Counted from the first letter of the stretch, positions 41,303 to 52,436 are shown. The stretch is DNA of 64,000 bases from Candidatus Methylacidiphilales bacterium (GCA_030054035.1 JASGCS010000001.1:342280-406279), one strand, 5' to 3'. Notes: a model not told the origin generated them from the letters alone. Translations and numbers: made by a program.

Positions 41303-43596
41303 AGTTTTTCTTGTGATGATTCAATTTTTGATTGAATGTATTTCGTAATATTAAAAATACTTCTCGAGGAAACAGTGTTGGTAAGTATGTGTGCAGGATA
41401 CGCACATCCAGCCAATATTGAGGCTATAACATCTTGATTTGCAGATGTGGCTTTAAGTAGTCTAAATGAGATACTTGCAGAATCCATGTCAGGCATAATA
41501 AGCAAATTAGCATTTTCATGCATCAACTTATTGTTAGCAAGTAACTCACTTCTAATTGAATAATGCAACGCAGCATCGGGCATCATTTCTCCATCAATTG
41601 CTATTGTGGGATATTTTTTTTGTAAAATATTTACGGCATCGCTCATTTTCACCGCTTGAGGTAGATTAGAGCTTCCAAAACTTGAATGCGATAATAAAGC
41701 AATTTTAGGCATCAACTTAAATTGACGCACCACATCAATTGATAACTCAGTTATTTCTACTAATTCTTGCACAGTTGGTTGAACTGTAACTTGAGTATCG
41801 GCAATAAAAATTGTCTGGTCTTTAAGAAACGCAACACTGACTGAACAATAATTTTTTATACCATTTTCTTTTCCTAGTATTTGATCAATATAAAAGAGAT
41901 GGTCTTTGAACGCTCCAGTGGTACCACACACTAAAGCATCACCTTCACCCTTTTTAAGTAAAAGTGAGCCAATTACAGTTTGATTGGTTAGTAGTAATTT
42001 TCTTGCATTTGGGATTGATACTCCTTTTCTCCCAGCAATTTCATGATAACTTTCCCAATATTCTCTATACCGTGGATCATCTTGCGGATCAACTATCTGA
42101 AAATCTTTATCGACTTGTATTCGGAGATTAAGTCTATTAATATACTGTTCAATAACAGTTTTTCTTCCAACAAGAATAGGGAACGATATTTTATTTTCAA
42201 TTGTTGACTGTGCGGCACGTAACACTCTGTGGTCTTCACCTTCAGAAAAGATAACCTTAATTAATTTTGCGCTTTTTTTTGTTCTTAGCCCTAAAGCACT
42301 CCAAGAAGTTCTGGTCACAATTCGTTCAAGTGATAACCGGTACTGTTCAATATCCACAATTGGTTTTGTAGCCACACCATCTTTCATTGCGGCTAAAGCA
42401 ACCGCAGGGGCAATTTCCATCACTAGTCTAGAATCAAAAGGCTTAGGTAAAATATAGTCTCTTCCAAACACCATTTCATTTCCACCATACGCCCCAGCTA
42501 TAAATTCATCTACTTCTCTAGTGGCTAATTGTGCAATAGCTTTTGCACACGCAATTTTCATTCCATGAGTAATTTTAAGTGCACCTACGTCTAAAGCTCC
42601 ACGAAAAAGGAAAGGAAAGCAAAGCACATTGTTTACTTGATTTGGAAAATCAGATCTACCTGTAGCGCAAAGTGCGTCTGGTCGCACTGCAATTACATCA
42701 TTTGGGTTAATTTCTGGAATAGGGTTTGCCAAACAAAACAATATTGGATTGGGAGCCATGGTTTTTACCATTTCTTGAGTGCAAATATTACCCACTGATA
42801 ATCCAAGAAAAACATCACAACCATTAATAGCTTCAGATAACGTTCTTAATGATGTTTGCAAAGCAAACTGTTCTTTATGAGGAGGTGTAATTTTTGCATC
42901 TCTGCCTTTGTAAATAACCCCAAACTCATCGCACGCAATTATATTTTCCTTTAAGACCCCAACAGACTTGAACATATTTAAACATGAAGTACCTGCTGCA
43001 CCTATCCCCACCGCACACACTTTTACTTTTTGCGGATCTTTTTGAACAACACTCAATGCGTTAAGAAATGCCGCGACCACTACAATTGCTGTGCCATGTT
43101 GATCATCATGAAAAACTGGAATATTCATTCTTTCTTGCAATATTCTTTCTATGTCAAAACATTCAGGGGATTTTATATCCTCTAAATTTATTCCACCAAA
43201 TGTTGGCTCTAATGAAGACACAATATCACAAAACGCTTCAACAGAAGTTTGTTTTATTTCTAGATCAAAAACATTAATATCTGCAAATTTTTTAAAAAGC
43301 ACTGCCTTACCTTCCATTACTGGTTTTGCAGCATATGGTCCGATATCACCCAATCCTAACACTGCTGTACCATTTGTGATCACACCAACAAGATTACTTC
43401 TAGAAGTATACGTATTTATTAATGTTTGATCTTTTGATATTTCAATACATGGCTCAGCAACACCAGGTGAATATGCTAACGATAAATCATGACTAGTATG
43501 CATTGACTTTGTTGGACAAATTTCAAGCTTACCAGCTGGGAACGAAGAGTGGTACTCTAATGCTTGTTTTTTAAATATTTTCTTTGCATCATCCAT
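41299..43596 (-). CDS. maeB: NADP-dependent malic enzyme with C-terminal phosphotransacetylase-like domain
   Basis: 765 aa; N-terminal malic enzyme region (YSPGVAEPC…), C-terminal PTA-like half. Confidence 0.8.
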   Translation of the reverse strand: MDDAKKIFKKQALEYHSSFPAGKLEICPTKSMHTSHDLSLAYSPGVAEPCIEISKDQTLINTYTSRSNLVGVITNGTAVLGLGDIGPYAAKPVMEGKAVLFKKFADINVFDLEIKQTSVEAFCDIVSSLEPTFGGINLEDIKSPECFDIERILQERMNIPVFHDDQHGTAIVVVAAFLNALSVVQKDPQKVKVCAVGIGAAGTSCLNMFKSVGVLKENIIACDEFGVIYKGRDAKITPPHKEQFALQTSLRTLSEAINGCDVFLGLSVGNICTQEMVKTMAPNPILFCLANPIPEINPNDVIAVRPDALCATGRSDFPNQVNNVLCFPFLFRGALDVGALKITHGMKIACAKAIAQLATREVDEFIAGAYGGNEMVFGRDYILPKPFDSRLVMEIAPAVALAAMKDGVATKPIVDIEQYRLSLERIVTRTSWSALGLRTKKSAKLIKVIFSEGEDHRVLRAAQSTIENKISFPILVGRKTVIEQYINRLNLRIQVDKDFQIVDPQDDPRYREYWESYHEIAGRKGVSIPNARKLLLTNQTVIGSLLLKKGEGDALVCGTTGAFKDHLFYIDQILGKENGIKNYCSVSVAFLKDQTIFIADTQVTVQPTVQELVEITELSIDVVRQFKLMPKIALLSHSSFGSSNLPQAVKMSDAVNILQKKYPTIAIDGEMMPDAALHYSIRSELLANNKLMHENANLLIMPDMDSASISFRLLKATSANQDVIASILAGCAYPAHILTNTVSSRSIFNITKYIQSKIESSQEKL

Positions 43597-43598
43597 AG

Positions 43599-44345
43599 TT
43601 AATTTTCCAATTTAAGTCTATCTTTTAATTCTTCTGGAGTTAGGAATCCTCCGATAACACTTCCATTTCCAGTTATTATCATAGGGGTTCCAGATAACTG
43701 AATTTCCCTTCCTAAAGTCTCAGACTTTAGCAAGAAATCATTTTTACAAGAGATGACCGGAATAGTATTATTGTTAATTAAATTATCAAAAATAACATTT
43801 CTTTCTGATTTAGTAACGCATAATATATTGGACATATGCTGTGCTGAATTTGAGTTTGCACCCTCTCTTGAAAATAAAATATAATTTACCGTTATTCCTA
43901 AGGCAACCACTGATGATATTTGCTTATGGAATTTCTTACAGTAACCACAAGTATAGTCAGTAAAAATAAAAACCCGTTGTTTATTCTCGGGCGGGCCGTA
44001 TTGTAGCATATTCTCAAACCCAAATGAACTTAGTTTTTGAATAACTGATTTTTGTATTTGTTTAGAGATTAGTTTCGTTTTTTTTTCTAGGTCATACATT
44101 TCACCTACAATCAAGTACCGAGAGGTAGAATCTATATAAAATTGTTGAGTTCCAATAGTTACTTCGAACAATTTAGTTACTGGGGTCTTTGAAACAATAA
44201 TACCATCGAGATCATTTTTTGAATACATCCCTTCAAATATTGTTTTAATTTTTTTTATATCTGGAAGTGGGTTAACTTCACTATAGGAAAGGTGTGTGTA
44301 AAATAACAACATAGTCAGAAGAGGCGCAAGTAAATTATGATTCAT
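43599..44345 (-). CDS. dsbC: Thiol:disulfide interchange protein DsbC/DsbG family
   Basis: 248 aa with signal peptide; CGYC thioredoxin-fold active site; adjacent to xerD as in xerD-dsbC operons. Confidence 0.8.
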   Translation of the reverse strand: MNHNLLAPLLTMLLFYTHLSYSEVNPLPDIKKIKTIFEGMYSKNDLDGIIVSKTPVTKLFEVTIGTQQFYIDSTSRYLIVGEMYDLEKKTKLISKQIQKSVIQKLSSFGFENMLQYGPPENKQRVFIFTDYTCGYCKKFHKQISSVVALGITVNYILFSREGANSNSAQHMSNILCVTKSERNVIFDNLINNNTIPVISCKNDFLLKSETLGREIQLSGTPMIITGNGSVIGGFLTPEELKDRLKLEN

Positions 44346-44348
44346 GCG

Positions 44349-45221
44349 CTATCCTCTTGGATGATGTTTAGAGTGAAAATCAACTAGTTTATTTTTTGCT
44401 ACATGTAAATACTTTTGAGTTGTTGCAATTGACGCGTGGCCAAGTAACAACTGCAATGACCTAATGTCAGCGCCATTATTGAGCATATGAGTTGCGAAGG
44501 CATGTCTTAGACTATGAGGTGAGCATTTCTTTTCTAAATGAATTTGCTTTCCTAAGGAATGTATGAGCGACCACACATACTGACGAGACAGTAATGTGCC
44601 ATTTTTTTTTGCTGGAAACAAATAATCAGATACACTAGAATTCTTGGATAAGTTCTCACTCAAGTAATTGGTAATTATTTTTTGAGCGATATCACTCAAG
44701 GGAACAGCTCGCTCCTTCCCGCCTTTGCCGACAACTCTAATTATACCTTCTTGTAATTTTATTTGACTTATTCGTAGCGATATCACTTCTGATACTCTTA
44801 AACCACAACCATAAAGAAGTTCTAAAATAATTAGTTCTTGCCCACTATAATTACTTTTAACTTTTTCAATTAAATTAAACATAGAACGCACTTCATTTAC
44901 AGATAAAGTAATTGGTAATGTTTGGCTGTTTTTTTTGGCAATCTGTATCGACACTTCTTTACTAGCTATATCGGGATACTGTTTAGACTTCCAAGAAATA
45001 AATGAAACAAAAGTAGTTCTTTTTCTATGTTGCGAACTTATAGAGTACTGTTTAAGATATGAACTGATGCGATCGGTACTATATACTACTTCAGATTTTG
45101 CAAATTTCGAGTTGTGCCATTGATGATATACTTTTAGGTCAGATAAATATGACGCAACGGTATTTTTAGCTAATCCTTTTGTTAGCAACAAGTACCTTGT
45201 GTATGATTCAATATTTAACAT
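44349..45221 (-). CDS. xerD: Tyrosine recombinase XerD
   Basis: 290 aa; C-terminal catalytic region HSLRHAFATHML…LLGHASIATTQKYLHV; chromosomal xerD-dsbC context. Confidence 0.85.
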   Translation of the reverse strand: MLNIESYTRYLLLTKGLAKNTVASYLSDLKVYHQWHNSKFAKSEVVYSTDRISSYLKQYSISSQHRKRTTFVSFISWKSKQYPDIASKEVSIQIAKKNSQTLPITLSVNEVRSMFNLIEKVKSNYSGQELIILELLYGCGLRVSEVISLRISQIKLQEGIIRVVGKGGKERAVPLSDIAQKIITNYLSENLSKNSSVSDYLFPAKKNGTLLSRQYVWSLIHSLGKQIHLEKKCSPHSLRHAFATHMLNNGADIRSLQLLLGHASIATTQKYLHVAKNKLVDFHSKHHPRG

Positions 45222-46342
45222 TGTGTCGATTTATTATACCAATTTTTTAATGTGTAAAAAATTAGTGTTATATAAATCAAATAAAATAAAAGGTAGAGAG
45301 ATATTGAAGTGAAAGATTGGATGATAATATTCTGGGTTAAAAGTATTATGAATAAAGAAAAAAATATTATTGCGATAGACCTTTTAATCTTATAACTATT
45401 GGCTCTAGACTTTGGGATTCGTAAGATACTTAAAAGCGCAAGACATGAAAAAGTAACTATAGCAATAAGATTTGAGAACCTTGATATAATTTCAACGATT
45501 AGATCGTAAGGTATTACTTGGTTTCGATATTGAATAAAAGAATACCACACCAAGGTTCTTACCGATAACCCATGATGTGGTAAAGTTAGCATTTTTATAC
45601 TTCGATACTCAATAAAATTAGTTTCTTGTACTAATTCTTTTTCAATCTTACGATATGATAGCTCCTTTGGTATGTGTTCTTGTACTCTATATAACTCCCA
45701 TATTTTTTTCTCATAATTATATTTTGCATTTTTAATTAAGACTACTTTTTGCAATTCTCCATTATTTGATACAAATATTTGCATAACGCTAGATAACAGT
45801 TGAGGGTTTCCATATTGCTCAAACAACAATACACCGTATGGAGTTTTAAACCAATATTGATTTTGTTTTTCAAAATAATTTTTTGACTTAATTTTATTTT
45901 TCAATTCATCTAAGTAACGATAAGAACTAGGTATTAGTAATTCAGTGCACAATAAAGAAATAAGTACCATAATCAGAGAAAATAACATTGTAATTTTTAG
46001 AAATAAACTTACTTTCATAGATAATGAAATGCAGGCAACGTATTCGTTTGATTTTATTTTCTGATACATTGTAAAAAGTACTCCGACAGCACAAGACAGA
46101 GGTAATAGGAGCACAAAATAATAGCTGAAACCTTGGGTGATTGTTAGTGCTATGCTATCAATTAACGGAATTTCATCAATTCTAAATTCCCTAAAAGTGT
46201 TAATCATTCTAAATATGCCGAAAATAAATACCATCACAAGACTAAATAGCAGAGAGTTGAGAATAATATTTTTAATAATTAAGTGAGTGATTGTCGGTGG
46301 CATTTTTAATAATGTATACAGTCTCTTCATTGTAGATTCCAT
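45215..46342 (-). CDS. lptG: LPS export ABC permease LptG
   Basis: 375 aa polytopic membrane protein; paired with lptF and divergent from pepA as in gammaproteobacteria. Confidence 0.75.
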   Translation of the reverse strand: MESTMKRLYTLLKMPPTITHLIIKNIILNSLLFSLVMVFIFGIFRMINTFREFRIDEIPLIDSIALTITQGFSYYFVLLLPLSCAVGVLFTMYQKIKSNEYVACISLSMKVSLFLKITMLFSLIMVLISLLCTELLIPSSYRYLDELKNKIKSKNYFEKQNQYWFKTPYGVLLFEQYGNPQLLSSVMQIFVSNNGELQKVVLIKNAKYNYEKKIWELYRVQEHIPKELSYRKIEKELVQETNFIEYRSIKMLTLPHHGLSVRTLVWYSFIQYRNQVIPYDLIVEIISRFSNLIAIVTFSCLALLSILRIPKSRANSYKIKRSIAIIFFSLFIILLTQNIIIQSFTSISLYLLFYLIYITLIFYTLKNWYNKSTQC

Positions 46343-47379
46343 TTTCTTTTAAACATAACCACCATGAATAAGATTGTTGCACTTATCCACGAAATCAATG
46401 TGTAAGGTTCTATACCATTTATTGATACTATATCTAAATTTGCATATATCGATCTCGTTATAAAATATAAAAAAATAATTGGGATTGCCTTAAATCCAGT
46501 TCGATTGCCTAAAGTTTTTACCGAAAGTATTATTACAATTATTGGAAATAAAAGTAACTGGATTATCCCAACGCATCTTTCATACATAATGTTTAATTTT
46601 TCATTAATTGGCAATTTAAATAATTCTGATGTTGGATAATAGACATTTTTATTACTATTAAATATTAACTTTGGCGTGATTGTTTGCGATTTAGATTTAT
46701 ATTTTGTATAAATTATTATTTCAGGTTTATCGTACTGTAAAAATAATTGACTTCCGTTATTAAAAACAAGCTCTGGTGTATTATGAGTTGTACTTATTGC
46801 TAATTTTTCTGTGACATCGACGAAAACACCTTTTTTGTTTGTTTTAAATAAAATTGTAGGGTAAAAATAATTCGTACTATTAATAGTGTTACTTGATCCT
46901 AAAAATAGAATAATATCATTTCCAAAAGATGAAAAGCTACGTTCTTTTAGATCTGATATTTTATTTTTTACATACAGAGATGAAAAAAGCACATCCCGCT
47001 CATAAAATACACGAGGCACTACAAAATTAACCATGACAAACGCAATCACAGCAATTGGAAAAATAATTGAGTATACCAATTTAATTAGTTTATCAAAACC
47101 AAAACCAAGCGAGCAAAGTGCGATTAACTCTCTATTATTAATCATTGAATAAATAAAATACAACGTAGCAAAAAAAGCAGTGGCAGGTAAGATTGTTTGA
47201 ACTACATCAGGAAAAATACTATAGAACATAGCTTGAAATAAAATTTCTAACTTCATATTTGTAATAGAAAATTTAGAATTTAATGACAGCGCATGTATAA
47301 ACACATATATTGCTATAAACATAGCAAAGATAAGCATAAACACACGGATAAATTTTATTCTAATAAATTCAAGTGCCAT
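46327..47379 (-). CDS. lptF: LPS export ABC permease LptF
   Basis: 350 aa polytopic membrane protein; synteny with lptG and pepA. Confidence 0.75.
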   Translation of the reverse strand: MALEFIRIKFIRVFMLIFAMFIAIYVFIHALSLNSKFSITNMKLEILFQAMFYSIFPDVVQTILPATAFFATLYFIYSMINNRELIALCSLGFGFDKLIKLVYSIIFPIAVIAFVMVNFVVPRVFYERDVLFSSLYVKNKISDLKERSFSSFGNDIILFLGSSNTINSTNYFYPTILFKTNKKGVFVDVTEKLAISTTHNTPELVFNNGSQLFLQYDKPEIIIYTKYKSKSQTITPKLIFNSNKNVYYPTSELFKLPINEKLNIMYERCVGIIQLLLFPIIVIILSVKTLGNRTGFKAIPIIFLYFITRSIYANLDIVSINGIEPYTLISWISATILFMVVMFKRKWNLQ

Positions 47380-47428
47380 TCGTTATACTATATTATGACA
47401 AAGTAAGATAAAATAAATGAACTAAACG

Positions 47429-48955
47429 ATGGTACATTCATTTTCAACAAAAATACCGGCAATTTATGTCGGTATTAATCGTAGTTTTCCCGCCAATGGT
47501 TGTCTAGTTGCGCTTATTAGAGAAGATGCGATTATTGATGAAAAAAGTTACGACTACAATACAAGGCAATGTATTAAGACTACATTACATATGGGCGATA
47601 TGCCAAAGGGATTCGCCATAACTCATACTACCCCACTCTTAATACCTAGAAATATCAAGCAGAAAAGGATTGTGATGGTGCAATTAACAAAACAATCTAT
47701 TTCAAGCTATTTTAAACTTATTGATCTAAGTCATAAAATCGCAAAAGCAATTATTAATACAAATGCAAAACATGTGATTTTGAATTCTGGAATTATTTTA
47801 CAGGAATATAACAAATATTCTTTAGATAAAAATGAAAATGAAATTCAAGAATCCGATGTGATTTCAATATTTTTAAGAGAATTGCTTCTTCAACAACTTT
47901 TTTCTAAAAATAAATCAATAGAATCGATAAATTTTATTGTAAGTGCTATAAAAAAAGAACATTCCTCAGTAATTGCAAACACTGTAGCAATTTCAAGAGC
48001 AATGCATTGGTCAATTGAATTATCAAATTTACCAAGCAATAAATGCACCCCAAAAATCCTTGCCCAAGAAGCTAAAAAGATATGCTCTCAATTCACTAAT
48101 CTAACGTTAACTATCCATAGTACAAACTCTATAAATAAATTGAACATGGGAGGTGTATTGGCGATATCAAAAGGTTCTGTGAATGCTCCATATTTTATTG
48201 AAGTGTCTTACAAACCAAAAAAATCAACCTCTAAAAAACCCATTGTATTAGTTGGAAAAGGAGTTACATTTGACAGTGGTGGAATTTCATTAAAGCCTTC
48301 TAAACAAATGGACGAAATGAAATATGACATGTGTGGCGCCTCTACAACGCTTGCTACAATCTTTGCATGTGCATACGCTAAATTACCTATACATGTACAG
48401 GTACTAGTTCCAGTTGTTGAAAATATGCCAAGTGGCTCCAGTATAAAACCTGGAGACGTAATCACAACACATTCTGGTAAAACAATTGAAATACTAAACA
48501 CCGACGCTGAGGGGAGAGTAATTCTTGCGGATATGCTTAGTTACGCTGAAAATTTTAAACCAAGATTTCTCATTGATGTTGCTACTTTAACTGGAGCATG
48601 TATAACTGCGCTAGGTAGAGATTTTTGTGCGGTAATCAGTAATCAGCAAGAATTAGCCGATACGCTAATTCAATCCGGACGAAAAGCATTTGATTGCTGC
48701 TGGCAATTACCACTTCATGAGCCTTATCGTGAATCATTGCACAGTAACTTTGCTTCTATTGCAAATATTGGAAATGGCGAGGCTGGAACAATTATTGGTG
48801 CAGTATTTTTAAAAGATTTTGTCAATCCTAAAACTCCTTGGGCACATCTTGATATCGCTAGTGTTGCATGGAAATCTGGTATAACAAAGAGCGCTACTGG
48901 TAGACCTATTCCATTACTTTATGCCTTTATACAATCCAAACTTGATTACAACTAA
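47429..48955 (+). CDS. pepA: Leucyl aminopeptidase (M17)
   Basis: 508 aa; M17 signature NTDAEGRVILAD and metal-ligand region VGKGVTFDSGG. Confidence 0.9.
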   Translation: MVHSFSTKIPAIYVGINRSFPANGCLVALIREDAIIDEKSYDYNTRQCIKTTLHMGDMPKGFAITHTTPLLIPRNIKQKRIVMVQLTKQSISSYFKLIDLSHKIAKAIINTNAKHVILNSGIILQEYNKYSLDKNENEIQESDVISIFLRELLLQQLFSKNKSIESINFIVSAIKKEHSSVIANTVAISRAMHWSIELSNLPSNKCTPKILAQEAKKICSQFTNLTLTIHSTNSINKLNMGGVLAISKGSVNAPYFIEVSYKPKKSTSKKPIVLVGKGVTFDSGGISLKPSKQMDEMKYDMCGASTTLATIFACAYAKLPIHVQVLVPVVENMPSGSSIKPGDVITTHSGKTIEILNTDAEGRVILADMLSYAENFKPRFLIDVATLTGACITALGRDFCAVISNQQELADTLIQSGRKAFDCCWQLPLHEPYRESLHSNFASIANIGNGEAGTIIGAVFLKDFVNPKTPWAHLDIASVAWKSGITKSATGRPIPLLYAFIQSKLDYN

Positions 48956-49391
48956 ATTTTTATTTTATAAAGACACTGACAAAAATAAAATGTTAGAAAA
49001 ACAATTGTGTGAGTACTGTGCTCAATCTATCAAACAACCCAGTGCGCTACTGTACATACTTTGCCATGAACTTGATTTTTCTTATGTTAGTAACATGTTG
49101 TATACAACAAAACAGATAAGTTTACTTGTGCATGAAAAAGAACATCACGAGGACGTGAATCTAGTGAAGATAATAATTGGAAATGGCTCGACACTTCATA
49201 ATTCTAATTACTCTCAAATAATTTTGTATGTTTCAAATAATTCAAATTATTTACCAATAACCATTCCCAACTCATTGACTGAGATAAGATTATTTGCAAA
49301 ATTAGAAGAGAGACAAAAACAAGTATCCAAACTTTATTTCGATTATTTTAAATCATGTTTAATTAAAATTAATTCGTACACCTTTGACTAA
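48921..49391 (+). CDS. holC: DNA polymerase III chi subunit (probable)
   Basis: About 150 aa, loosely colinear with HolC (FLFYKD…QLCEYCAQ…LLYILCHE…) and in the pepA-holC-valS position; the real start may be the TTG at 48942. Confidence 0.5.
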   Translation: MPLYNPNLITTKFLFYKDTDKNKMLEKQLCEYCAQSIKQPSALLYILCHELDFSYVSNMLYTTKQISLLVHEKEHHEDVNLVKIIIGNGSTLHNSNYSQIILYVSNNSNYLPITIPNSLTEIRLFAKLEERQKQVSKLYFDYFKSCLIKINSYTFD

Positions 49392-49397
49392 TACAGT

Positions 49398-49589
49398 ATG
49401 AAAGAAGAATCCCCAATCATTCCAACGCTTCATAAAACCATAAAAAAAACAATAGCTAATTCTCCATACATATCGGAAAAAGAATTATATGAGATTGTTC
49501 ATCCGATTCTTGAAAAGTATATTAAACAAATTACCAAGGAAATAGTTCAAAACGTTTTAAGTATATATAAAAAACAAAATGAAAGATAA
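49398..49589 (+). CDS. Hypothetical small protein (63 aa)
   Basis: ATG-initiated ORF filling the holC-valS gap; Lys/Glu-rich, predicted helical; its stop overlaps the valS start by 11 nt. No recognisable family. Confidence 0.3.
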   Translation: MKEESPIIPTLHKTIKKTIANSPYISEKELYEIVHPILEKYIKQITKEIVQNVLSIYKKQNER

Positions 49590-52344
49590 ATATTATCCTG
49601 GCAATAAATTTGAAAATATAGACTATCAAAATTGCTTGGATAAGGGTTATTTTAAACCCACTCAATCTGGATCGCCATATACTATCTCGCTCCCTCCACC
49701 TAATGTTACAGGCTCGCTGCACATGGGCCATGCATTTCAAGCTACATTAATTGATTTTTTAATTCGATTTCATAGAATGAAGGGTTTTTCTTGTCTCTGG
49801 CAACCAGGGATAGATCACGCGGGCATCGCTACGCAATTAGTTGTAGAAAGATCTTTAGCAAAAACAAACCAATTTAAACAGGACTTCAGTAGAGATAATT
49901 TTATAAATGAAGTTTGGAAATGGAAAAATCAATCTGGTAATATAATTATTGATCAGTTAAAACAATTACTGGTTACCGCTGATTGGTCGAGAAATTGTTT
50001 TACAATGGACGAGTCATATAACCACGCTGTGTTAGTCGCATTTAAAGAACTGTATGAAGATAATTTAATTTACAGAGGGGAGCGATTAGTTAACTGGGAC
50101 ACTTCTTTACAAACTGCTATTTCTGATTTAGAGGTAATTCATCAACAAGAATTATCTTGGCTTTATTTTATTAATTACCCAATTATTGGAAGTAATAAAA
50201 TGGTTACTATTGCGACCACTAGACCTGAAACTTTATTTGGCGATGTGGCACTTGCCTTTCACCCAGATGATGAAAGGTATAAACATTTACAAAACACATT
50301 TGTCCAACTTCCGCTTACTAATAAACAAATTCCCATAATTTCAGACACCAGTATAGATCCAATATTTGGAACTGGATTAGTTAAAATCACACCTGCTCAT
50401 GATACAAATGACTTCGAAATTGGCAAGAGACACTCGTTACCATTAAATACTATTTTTAATTTGGATGGTACGTTAAAATCTAACACACACAAGGCAATTG
50501 CAGGTATGAAAATACTGCAAGCTAGGACTATCGTGGTTGGATTACTTGAAGCTGAAAACTTAGTAGAAAAAAAAATCGAACATACAATTAGCGTTCCTAG
50601 AGGTGACAGGAGTGGAGTAATAATAGAACCAATGTTAACAAAACAATGGTATATTGACTTAACTTCACAATATGGCAAGGAAAAATTAGTTACACCTGCA
50701 CGAAATGCAATTTTAAATTCAAGCATTTCAGTAATCCCAAAAGATTGGAAATCCACTTATTTACAATGGATTGACTCTATACAGGATTGGTGCATTAGTA
50801 GGCAGATTTGGTGGGGACATCAAATCCCTATCTGGTATGACAAAGATGGCAATCACTATTGTGGGACAGAAGAAAAAGAGGTTAGGAACAAGCATGGTCT
50901 ACATGATTCAATTTCTTTATCTAAAGATCCAGATGTTCTTGATACTTGGTTTTCATCTGCATTATGGCCACTTGCGACTCAAGGTTGGCCAAAGTCAACA
51001 CCTGATTTAAGTCGATATCCAAATACCGTACTGGTAACTGGATTTGATATTTTATTTTTCTGGGTTATTAGAATGGTATTATTTGGTGTTTATTTTGGAA
51101 AAACTGTACCATTTAAGGCTATCTATATGCACGGATTAGTCAGGGATGCTCAGGGAAACAAAATGTCAAAATCTAAAGGAAATGTAATTGACCCATTAGA
51201 TCTAGTCTCGGGTATTTCACTAGAAGCATTGGTTGAAAAGCGATCCAATAGCGTAATTCAAGATAGACAAAAAAAAATAATTCGTGAGAGCACTATAAAG
51301 CAATTCCCTAATGGTATTGAAGGATATGGGGTGGATGCTCTACGGTTTAGTTTCGCTAGTATGTCAAATAGTGGAAGAGATATAAGATTTGATTTGAAAA
51401 GAATAGAGGGGTATAGAAATTTTTGTAATAAATTGTTTAATGCTGGTAAATTTATCTTTCCTTATAATACTTGCCAAAACACACTAAGCAATGACGCTCT
51501 TTTCAATAATAAAGATATAAGAGTTGTTTGGATAATGGGAAAATTTAAGAACATGCTTGGACAATATCATATTGCAATGGATGAGTACCGTTTTGACAAT
51601 GCCACCAACGCTATGTATCATTTTGTTTGGGATGATTATTGCAATTGGTATCTTGAATGGGTAAAAAATGATATATCAAATAATATCGCAATACAACAAA
51701 CCACAGTGGCGCTCTACCATGAGATTTTGAAATGTTTATCGCCAATTATCCCTGGTATTACATCATATATTTGGAAAGAGTTTAATAGCAGTAACTCAGA
51801 TTGCATGATGCAATCTATTAAAAATCCAGAGCAATTCAGTCACGATCAAAGTGTTGAGGAATTTATGGAACATATTCAACGTGTTATTATTCAGATTAGA
51901 TATTTAAGAGAGTTATTAGCGATCCCACCAACAAACCAAACAACAATAACTCTTTATAATACAGCCGAACTTATGAACACACAACTACAAAAACATAGAT
52001 CTTTGCTAGATTCTAGACTTAAAAATACTAAGATCCAGTTAATTAGTAATATACATGAATTTTCTGAAGTTTCAAAAACCATTCCGATGAGAATAGAAAA
52101 CACAACTTGTTATTTACACTACCAAGCCACCAATCAAGAAATTAGTATTTTAATTCAAGATATCACCAGGAAGACAATCATTTCAGAAAATACCATAAAT
52201 AAATTTAATGCGATGTTGAATTCTGAACAATTTATAAGCAAAGCACCTGAATCAGTAATTACCGAGTATCGAGAAAATCTAATTAAAGAAGCAGAAAAAG
52301 TAAATGCCTATAATTCAATCTTAAACTGTCTAAAAGTAAATTGA
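49579..52344 (+). CDS. valS: Valine--tRNA ligase
   Basis: 921 aa class I aaRS; PPPNVTGSLHMGH (HIGH) and KMSKSKGN (KMSKS) motifs. Confidence 0.95.
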   Translation: MKDKYYPGNKFENIDYQNCLDKGYFKPTQSGSPYTISLPPPNVTGSLHMGHAFQATLIDFLIRFHRMKGFSCLWQPGIDHAGIATQLVVERSLAKTNQFKQDFSRDNFINEVWKWKNQSGNIIIDQLKQLLVTADWSRNCFTMDESYNHAVLVAFKELYEDNLIYRGERLVNWDTSLQTAISDLEVIHQQELSWLYFINYPIIGSNKMVTIATTRPETLFGDVALAFHPDDERYKHLQNTFVQLPLTNKQIPIISDTSIDPIFGTGLVKITPAHDTNDFEIGKRHSLPLNTIFNLDGTLKSNTHKAIAGMKILQARTIVVGLLEAENLVEKKIEHTISVPRGDRSGVIIEPMLTKQWYIDLTSQYGKEKLVTPARNAILNSSISVIPKDWKSTYLQWIDSIQDWCISRQIWWGHQIPIWYDKDGNHYCGTEEKEVRNKHGLHDSISLSKDPDVLDTWFSSALWPLATQGWPKSTPDLSRYPNTVLVTGFDILFFWVIRMVLFGVYFGKTVPFKAIYMHGLVRDAQGNKMSKSKGNVIDPLDLVSGISLEALVEKRSNSVIQDRQKKIIRESTIKQFPNGIEGYGVDALRFSFASMSNSGRDIRFDLKRIEGYRNFCNKLFNAGKFIFPYNTCQNTLSNDALFNNKDIRVVWIMGKFKNMLGQYHIAMDEYRFDNATNAMYHFVWDDYCNWYLEWVKNDISNNIAIQQTTVALYHEILKCLSPIIPGITSYIWKEFNSSNSDCMMQSIKNPEQFSHDQSVEEFMEHIQRVIIQIRYLRELLAIPPTNQTTITLYNTAELMNTQLQKHRSLLDSRLKNTKIQLISNIHEFSEVSKTIPMRIENTTCYLHYQATNQEISILIQDITRKTIISENTINKFNAMLNSEQFISKAPESVITEYRENLIKEAEKVNAYNSILNCLKVN

Positions 52345-52350
52345 ATTATA

Positions 52351-52436
52351 TGGTGCCGAAGGACGGACTCGAACCGTCACAGCTTACGCCACTACCACCT
52401 CAAGGTAGCGTGTCTACCAAATTCCACCACTTCGGC
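52351..52436 (-). tRNA. tRNA-Leu (anticodon GAG), type II
   Basis: Reverse complement GCCGAAGTGGTGGAATTTGGTAGACACGCTACCTTGAGGTGGTAGTGGCGTAAGCTGTGACGGTTCGAGTCCGTCCTTCGGCACCA; adjacent to secG as leuU is in E. coli. Confidence 0.85.

Noticed and set aside
44349-45221. Tyrosine recombinase as a possible phage or integrative-element integrase
   Set aside because: It sits in the conserved chromosomal xerD-dsbC context with housekeeping neighbours, no att-like repeats, and no phage genes; called XerD.
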